In this document: piece after piece, positions 57,122 through 64,000 of the stretch
Numbering within the stretch: position 1 is the first letter of the stretch
How the letters are laid out: every line of letters begins with the position of its first letter
NCBI GenBank assembly: GCA_004764695.1
Contig: SMSO01000014.1
Coordinates: 2,475,648 to 2,539,647 of the forward strand
DNA length: 64,000 bases
Source of the DNA: Schizochytrium sp. TIO01
Lineage: Eukaryota > Protista > Bigyra: Labyrinthulomycetes
Direction: 5' to 3'
The notes under the pieces: generated by a model
Told to the model about the DNA's origin: nothing
The model's input: the letters and a program-made list of their open reading frames with translations, nothing else
Databases searched by the model: none
Translations under genes and position numbers: made by a program

Positions 57122-59509
57122 ATGTCTTCGATGCCATTACCGAAGCGTCAGGGTGACAAAGTTCCTGCGCTCACCCGGGCAGCTGTGCCTCTTCTTCCCG
57201 GCTTTCGAACTCACCATGATGTTGATAGATTAAAGCCTTATCATGGAAAGTCTACGATTGGCTGCACCGAACGCAGGGAGCGAGATAACCTGCCGGAGCC
57301 GGACCTCGTAGCTCATGTGCATGGCAAATATTACGCTTCACCCCCTAACAAGGTCTCTAACAATCAGACCATTGACGGTGAGCATTTTACAACGACAACT
57401 CAAAAAATGACTCATATGCGTCCGACCACTCCAAAGGTAAACAAGCGAACCCCAAGTGGAGCTCGCACGAAGTGGCTCGTGTATGATCGTGAGGTGCTTC
57501 GATTTTTTATGTACTTCCAGGAACAGCTTTCTGAGACTACAGAGGCATATCGCCTTCGAAAAGTTACAATGCATTACCATCGCTCGAGCGATTCCATCGA
57601 AATGTTTGAGCCCAAGATTGAAAATTCTGGACTTCTCCAAGGAGCCTTCTTGGCAAAGACTCCAGTCAATAAACTTGCAGGGCTGAACGGCAAGCCGCAC
57701 CTTATCCTTGATGATTTTGTGGTGGGTCACACAATTGACTTATTTGGCCGTGAGTTTGTAATTGTTGACTGTGATGCTAAAACGAGGCGCTTTTTCAGTA
57801 ACGAGCTGAAACGGGAGCAACCCCCTGCGCTGTCTTATCCGGAAGATCCTCGAGCAGTCAAAACGCAGCTTCTAGCCGTAAAAGCCGCTGATGCAGCAGC
57901 TCAAGCGACCGCTGCGAGACTCAAGACACAAACAAAGGATTTGCGGCAATTTCTGCGTTGGGGAAACAAAGCTTTAGTATTTGATGCGTTGTGGGACGAC
58001 AGCGATCACGAGGGAGGCGACAAGCGAACGTTTCGCGTTGCAGTATTTCTCGCGGATCTTACCATTGAAATCAAGGAAACTTTTAAGCCAAACAGTGGAC
58101 GAGAAGGCTTCCCGAAGTTTCTCTCGCGCGCTAAAGTTTTTAATCCTGTTACACAGATGCCTTTTGCCCTGGAGGAGTTCCAATGCGGTAAAGTCCTTCA
58201 TATCAATGGACGAGATCTATTGATCGTATCATGTGACCCGTATACTACTAAGTTTTACGAAAAGAATCTTGGAATTAGCCAAGTGCCTGTAGAAATTAAA
58301 GAGGAAGTTCGTGTTCTCCCAAGGATGCCAATTCCTCCTTATAATGGCTACGGGACGGAAGAAGACTCATTGCAGTCCTTTTATCATCTTGTACCACGTC
58401 AAATAAGCAAGAACATGGATCGTATTCACAAGTTTGGAAATGCAGGATTTCATATTCGTTGTTGCTTGGTCACAAACATTCCTCAAGAGCTGGGTCGCAT
58501 TTTCGATCTATCCTTCCAGCTTGCAGATCGAACTTTTAGTCTCTATGAACCTGTGCAACGTAACTCCGGTATCATTGGAGGAAAGTTTCTTGAGCGTGGA
58601 ATTTACACCAACAAAATGACAAACAAGCCCTTCCACGAGGACGACCTTGGTGCTGCTCTGAATATTGCCATGATGAAGCGCAAAGGTGACCTTCCTGAGT
58701 CTGACAGAGGAGACATCATTGAGATTTTGTCACGTGAGTATAAAGTGCTTAGTGCAGATGACTTTACGCATCAATTCTTCGGTATTCCTTCAATGGCTCC
58801 CCCCAAACCTGTTTCTGTAGATCCAGCAGAGCACATCTTCCGCATGATCGTCCATCAGCTCCTTAGTCGTAAGCTAAATATCCGAGCCATGTTCGAGCGT
58901 GCAGACAAGGACGGTTCCAAAAGTATTGCAGCTCATGAATTCAAGGACATGCTTGAAGAAGCTGGCGTTCAAATTAATCCTGGAGACCTTGCTGTAGTCA
59001 TGTCGAAATTTTCATCAGGCGCAGTCATTTTCTACCAGGATTGGTGTGATGCACTATCTACCCATTGGCAGCCTCCACCTCGCGAAACTCGTTCCAGGGT
59101 TGAAGAACTTCAAGCACGACTTTTGGAGAAATTCCGGCACTCCAAAACCAACTTGCGCTCGCTCTTTCGCCAGTGTGATCGGGATTCGAACGGTACACTC
59201 TCGTTCGATGAGTTCAAGCGTCTAGTAAATAATTTTTTGCTTATGGATGTGTCTGACACTGAGCTTGCTGCAATCATGCGTCTTTATGATCCAGAGCAGA
59301 CTGGTGTGATTGATTACCACAGCTTTTGCAATACTGTCTATGAGCTCGACTTCAGCGGCGACCTTGATCGAGATAAGCACGTCGTAGACACAACAAATCA
59401 AGAGCTGTCCAACGACGATTATTTGGCAATCGCACAGCAACGTGCACGGCAAGATGAGCAGCAGCAGCAGCTGCTGCAGCAACCGCAACCTGAAGATATC
59501 AACAACTAG
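57122..59509 (+). CDS. EFHC1/EFHC2 (Rib72) flagellar microtubule inner protein: three DM10 domains + EF-hands
   Basis: LPLLPG-like start, DM10 repeats (EPKIENSGLLQGAFL, NSGREGFPKFL, EPVQRNSGIIGGKFLE), PPYNGYGTEEDSL, EF-hands DKDGSKSI and DRDSNGTLSFDEF. Confidence 0.92.
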   Translation: MSSMPLPKRQGDKVPALTRAAVPLLPGFRTHHDVDRLKPYHGKSTIGCTERRERDNLPEPDLVAHVHGKYYASPPNKVSNNQTIDGEHFTTTTQKMTHMRPTTPKVNKRTPSGARTKWLVYDREVLRFFMYFQEQLSETTEAYRLRKVTMHYHRSSDSIEMFEPKIENSGLLQGAFLAKTPVNKLAGLNGKPHLILDDFVVGHTIDLFGREFVIVDCDAKTRRFFSNELKREQPPALSYPEDPRAVKTQLLAVKAADAAAQATAARLKTQTKDLRQFLRWGNKALVFDALWDDSDHEGGDKRTFRVAVFLADLTIEIKETFKPNSGREGFPKFLSRAKVFNPVTQMPFALEEFQCGKVLHINGRDLLIVSCDPYTTKFYEKNLGISQVPVEIKEEVRVLPRMPIPPYNGYGTEEDSLQSFYHLVPRQISKNMDRIHKFGNAGFHIRCCLVTNIPQELGRIFDLSFQLADRTFSLYEPVQRNSGIIGGKFLERGIYTNKMTNKPFHEDDLGAALNIAMMKRKGDLPESDRGDIIEILSREYKVLSADDFTHQFFGIPSMAPPKPVSVDPAEHIFRMIVHQLLSRKLNIRAMFERADKDGSKSIAAHEFKDMLEEAGVQINPGDLAVVMSKFSSGAVIFYQDWCDALSTHWQPPPRETRSRVEELQARLLEKFRHSKTNLRSLFRQCDRDSNGTLSFDEFKRLVNNFLLMDVSDTELAAIMRLYDPEQTGVIDYHSFCNTVYELDFSGDLDRDKHVVDTTNQELSNDDYLAIAQQRARQDEQQQQLLQQPQPEDINN

Positions 59510-60140
59510 ATGTGATTATCTTTTCAATAGCAAAGCAGAGAGTTCAGGCTGCTCGTTTATGAAGTAGCTGATGCTCAATTTCTACTAGCCTATGAATAAT
59601 CTTTTTCGACATATAGTAAGGGATAACCGAATTTTCAATGACAGCAATTCATGTATTTTTTTAATCATGAGCGTTTTTATTGCTACCCATTTCTTTTTTT
59701 TCCTTCAGGATCTGAAGCTTTAAACTTTACTTACTTTTTGCGTCTACTTTCCTTGTTAAAAGTTAAAAAAAGAATATCTATCTGTCTCAGTGAAATTGAA
59801 ATGGAAGAAGAAATGCTAGAACTTCTTCAGACATGTATGCTGTATTAAAGTCTTTCTGCTATGGAAAAGTGAAATGATGCTCTGTTTTGCATGTTGGAAT
59901 TAAAACTGTCAGAGGTATAAGAAAGATTTCTTTGTGATTCTAAAATCCAATATGCTTCCTTACACTAGGATGCGTTTCTTAAATCCAAGGCTTTATATAA
60001 ATATAACAAAATTATTTATTGAGAGAATTTAGATTGTCTTTTCTCGTTTGGGGATTAAACAAGACATGCGAATCTGCTCGCTATATTGTCACATTAGAAT
60101 ATATACAACACAACTTCTGTTGTGTTCGTTTGCATAATTA

Positions 60141-63100
60141 TTAGATCGTGCGTTGTTGAATGTGACACAAGAGAGTGAGCTGAACATCAACTTCGCCCTC
60201 GTTTCTCCATTCCAATTCGTACCACCCTGGACTAGGGAGCGCAACAGTTTCCAAAACTACATCCTCGGCATTTCGCATCGTCTCAGAGAATAAAATTGGG
60301 CCTTGCTGCTCCTTTTCTGATGGCTTGGTGTTTTCTAAGAATAGTGTTGCATTATCTGCGGGTACTGGTCCGACTACACGAAAATCAATCTGGATATTTT
60401 TCTTGGTTTCAGCTTGTTGCTCTCCTGCTTCATTGTGATTTAGAGTAATCGCAGTAAAGTTGATGTTGAGCCAGGCAAGCTCGTCTGAGCATACATACTG
60501 CATATGAGTTGAATGTTCAGTCAATGTGATGCCCTCGGAGACAAAATTTGGGGCGTAGTCTCCAGAATTGTCCAATGATTCTGACCAGTTTCTCGGCGCG
60601 CCATCACTCGGAGCCGAACTCGCATCGGAATCTGCTCTTCGAGGAACAATAGTTGGGAGACTGTAATTATCGTCACTGTTCATTGAATTCTTACAGGAGT
60701 CTTCACTCTCGGAGAGCTTCTCTGTGGTGTCTGTTTCTTCATCTTTGCTTGTCGACGATACAGAGAACGGGCGAAGTAATTTTTGTGTTTCGACAGCACA
60801 AGTTAACTCACTTCCCTTCGCTTCTGAGATATCGGGTTGCTGACCATCTACTTCTAAAATTTTTGTTTTGGGGTTTGTGACACCGCCAGCATAATCTGCA
60901 CTGTTTGTAGAACTCAAGTGGGGTGCGGGTTCACTAGTTCGCTTTGAATTCGCTCGAGATAAGTCTTCGAGAACTCCAGCTGCATTGAACTCTTTCATAC
61001 GAATTGGTTGATCATGCAGTCGAATAGATGACTCTTTTCGTACAGAGGGTTTTGGGTTGCTACCTTCTTGTCGTAAGCGCTCCAAAACCATGAATTTACT
61101 AAATTCTTTTTGTGAGGAGCCTTCTTTTGAGCCCGTGCTTATGCTTGGAGCATTTTGCGAGTATGACTTAGGATTGAGGAGTTCAGAATTTCCGTTTGAA
61201 TCTAGAGGAGTTGACTTCTCAGAGCCAAGACGGACAATTCTTTTAACTCCTGGAAGCAAGCCTAAGCCAGTCGAATGCGCAAGAGTACGTGGACTTGTCG
61301 ATGCCGAGAGTGTGCTATTTAGTTCTGAATCATCTGTCAAGGATGATATGGATGTTTCTAGGAGTTTGCGCTCGATTGCATCGGTATCGACGTGATGCTC
61401 CATGCTCCCCAACGCAGGAGACAAAAGGAGAGATGGTGCGGAGAGAAGAGAATCGACGGGTTGGAGTAGATCTGGTGACGAACGAGGAGAGGAAAAGTGA
61501 GATGAAGGAGAAGAGAGTAAGTCAGCAGGTGGTGGTGAAGGAGACTTAACACGCATATCACCTGTATTTAGAATTTTTTCAATTGAGAGAGAGGCACCAT
61601 GAACAAGTTTTACAGCCCGGGCCTGATTCTCATTCTTAGAAGCAAAGTCACCAGGAATATAAGCATTACTGGGTCGTTGGTGCGGGCGCTCCAAAAGACC
61701 CATGCGATTGTATGCAGCAGCAACGAGCTCGGAGCAAAACACAGAAGACAAATCCTCCTCCTGGTTGTGACCAAACCAATTTGCGGCACGAATGAGTTGG
61801 AAGATATTCTGTTCATATGGTCGTCCTTGCATCTCGGTGACAAATGAATTCAGAGTTTGTGACATTTCCCTAAGTCTTTCAGGGGGAAAATCTTCTTTGT
61901 CAAGGTGTAAATGACGAATTGCAACGATGCCTTTGTACGCACCCAAACAATGGGGTGTGAAACGAAATAGTGACACCCCTGATGAATCTGCTTCCAAAGT
62001 GTGCCACGGCGGGACCCCTGCTGCAGCACGAGCTTGCTTCAGTTCTGGAGAACAGCAGTTGTCATCATCACAAGTGTTACAAAGCACAACAATACCGAGA
62101 TGGTCAAATCCTCCAGATCGAACAACAGCGCGCTGAATGCGACTTGTAATACGACGCGTACGAAACAGAACTAAATCTCCTTCAGCAAGTTGCCCAAGCA
62201 CGTCAAAGAAACCTACATGCTCATATTTCGACGGATCAAAAGATCTTAGAAATCGAAAGAACTTTGTGCTTCGGATTCCTTCAGAACTCGAACTCGCATG
62301 TGATGAGGCGATGTTCTTACTAAATCCTCTTTTTCTTCTGCTCAAATCCTCATGTTTCCTATGTTCACCCACACTACCTTCAGAAAAGGAGTGGGAGCTG
62401 GAGTGTGATCGCTGTTCTGCTGGGTCGTCGTCCCCCATCTGTGTGTTTGTCTTCGGTAGGATTAAGACTCTAGAACCTACAGTTGATCTTTTTGCCTTCA
62501 GTAGCTTTTTGGGACGACCGTCACCATCAACTCCCTCTTTATCTTCTGGATGTGCATTTGGTTGAGTATCATTAGATAGTTCTCGTTCAGAAGCAGAGCC
62601 ATCTGCCTCTTCTTCCTCATCGAGGTCATTTTCCTCCTCGTCTTCTCCTTCGCCACTACGTTGCAACGGATGATAATATACCTCCCTGGTTGAAGAATTC
62701 CCTGAATAGGATCTGGTATCTTTACGCCCTGGTCTTTTGAGATCGCTCTTTCCCTTCTCGTCATAAGGCATATCTAAACTCGAAAGCAGATTTTCCGCGA
62801 GATCTTTATCAAATGTCTTGATATCACAAAGTTCTTTGCTTGTACCGTCTTGCCCACCAAGATGCAACTGTTGTTCCTGCCCACTTGATGATTGACGTTG
62901 TTGTTGATTCCGGTTTTCTGTGAGGCGCGTCTCGTGTCGACCGTGAAGTACGTGCCGGCCTTCGTGAAGCTGGTGCTGTTGCAGCTGCTCTTGTTTAAGT
63001 TGCTGCCGAGCCTGGTGTCCATATTGAAGACCATGTTGGTGATCCTGTTGATGCTGTTCTTGCGTGTGCGGACTGGCCGAGGTGCCACTTTCTGGGTGTT

Positions 63101-63170
63101 TCTTGTCCTGGTCACTTGAGCTGTGTGGCGGACCTCGTAGACACCGAGGAATCAACCGAAGCCGAGGCAT
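60141..63170 (-). CDS. Permuted papain-like (NlpC/P60 superfamily, YiiX/C92-like) protein with C-terminal GOLD-like domain
   Basis: GDLVLFR..FDHLGIVV..EAD..GV..IRHL..GRPYE..FCSELVAAAY..GLL..PGDF, with His before Cys. C-terminal IDFRV..PSPGWYELEWRN. First ATG at 63170. Confidence 0.82.
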   Translation of the reverse strand: MPRLRLIPRCLRGPPHSSSDQDKKHPESGTSASPHTQEQHQQDHQHGLQYGHQARQQLKQEQLQQHQLHEGRHVLHGRHETRLTENRNQQQRQSSSGQEQQLHLGGQDGTSKELCDIKTFDKDLAENLLSSLDMPYDEKGKSDLKRPGRKDTRSYSGNSSTREVYYHPLQRSGEGEDEEENDLDEEEEADGSASERELSNDTQPNAHPEDKEGVDGDGRPKKLLKAKRSTVGSRVLILPKTNTQMGDDDPAEQRSHSSSHSFSEGSVGEHRKHEDLSRRKRGFSKNIASSHASSSSEGIRSTKFFRFLRSFDPSKYEHVGFFDVLGQLAEGDLVLFRTRRITSRIQRAVVRSGGFDHLGIVVLCNTCDDDNCCSPELKQARAAAGVPPWHTLEADSSGVSLFRFTPHCLGAYKGIVAIRHLHLDKEDFPPERLREMSQTLNSFVTEMQGRPYEQNIFQLIRAANWFGHNQEEDLSSVFCSELVAAAYNRMGLLERPHQRPSNAYIPGDFASKNENQARAVKLVHGASLSIEKILNTGDMRVKSPSPPPADLLSSPSSHFSSPRSSPDLLQPVDSLLSAPSLLLSPALGSMEHHVDTDAIERKLLETSISSLTDDSELNSTLSASTSPRTLAHSTGLGLLPGVKRIVRLGSEKSTPLDSNGNSELLNPKSYSQNAPSISTGSKEGSSQKEFSKFMVLERLRQEGSNPKPSVRKESSIRLHDQPIRMKEFNAAGVLEDLSRANSKRTSEPAPHLSSTNSADYAGGVTNPKTKILEVDGQQPDISEAKGSELTCAVETQKLLRPFSVSSTSKDEETDTTEKLSESEDSCKNSMNSDDNYSLPTIVPRRADSDASSAPSDGAPRNWSESLDNSGDYAPNFVSEGITLTEHSTHMQYVCSDELAWLNINFTAITLNHNEAGEQQAETKKNIQIDFRVVGPVPADNATLFLENTKPSEKEQQGPILFSETMRNAEDVVLETVALPSPGWYELEWRNEGEVDVQLTLLCHIQQRTI

Positions 63171-63319
63171 ATCGGCCCGCGGCTGTCCCAAACCCACCAA
63201 GACCGATGCCACTCGGGTCTGATGAAAGTAGTAGTACTAGTGTTACCATTCACAACTTCAACACTTGAAGAACATAATTTTACCAAAGTCTTCGTTGAAA
63301 GGAAGTAAAAAGAATACTT

Positions 63320-63501
63320 AACAAACAAATAAACAAACAACCAAACAAACAAACAAACAAACAAACAAACAAACAAACAAACAAACAAACAACCAAACAA
63401 ACAAACAAACAAACAAACAAACAAACAAACAAACAAACAAACAAACAAACAAACAAACAAACAAACAAACAAACAAACAAACAAACAAACAAACAAACAA
63501 A
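63320..63501. repeat. (AAAC)n microsatellite, ~45 units
   Basis: Direct read; source of the spurious FVCL-repeat ORFs. Confidence 0.97.
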
Positions 63502-64000
63502 GAATGAACAGGACTCATAATGAAAGCTAAAATCGCCTTTTCCTCTGGCTACCCTTTCCGCCTCAAGACGTGGCTTGAGTTCAAGTTTACCTGTACAATA
63601 GTCTCCAGGGACACCAAAGAACACGATGCAATCGCCACCAAATACAAAGCCTTAGGCTGGCAGAGCCAAAGGATGGTCACGGCGCAGGCAGCAGCTTGAA
63701 GCGACACGCACACGTTCTGCTCGACGAAAGAAAGGACTTTCACAAATAACAAAAACAAAAACACCCGAAACAAGCAACCAACAAAAGACAGCGCAGTAGA
63801 ACCCTCTACGCCTCAGATAGAGCCGCGACGGGAATACAATTATTTGCAATTCTTCCATCGCCATTCATAATTCATCTTTCTTTCCCTCATAAGTGCGTTA
63901 GTTAGTTCTTCATGAGCACCTCATTATATCTTCATAATCTATTGAAAGGAGGAGGTAAGGTAAGAACTGCCTACCGCGCACTGCCTTCTTCTATCTACGA

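Noticed and set aside
63152-63624. FVCL-repeat ORFs
   Set aside because: Translations of the (AAAC)n microsatellite

Overview
Eukaryotic, intron-poor genomic DNA. Long single-exon genes are separated by microsatellite-rich intergenic tracts. A flagellar EFHC/Rib72 gene, a plant-type C2-PLD and several lipid enzymes suggest a zoosporic stramenopile such as a thraustochytrid; this taxonomic call is inference only. The window holds about 15 protein genes and one tRNA-Lys(CTT). The most notable object is not resolved by the ORF track: a decayed IS607-family element on the minus strand (~14.59-17.05 kb). It encodes a serine-recombinase TnpA overlapping a Fanzor2 (eukaryotic TnpB-like RNA-guided nuclease) and has a candidate omega-RNA right end. 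The Fanzor2 gene is interrupted by a 416-bp TG...CA solo-LTR-like insertion with a 5-bp target-site duplication, and its decay looks CpG-biased. Also present are a probable eroded LINE endonuclease fossil (~40.1-41.4 kb), a ~1800-aa pseudo-calpain split by a one-base frameshift, and several unusual domain fusions: CAP-Gly/EVH1-like/PP2C, SAM-like/formate-nitrite channel, and permuted papain/GOLD-like.
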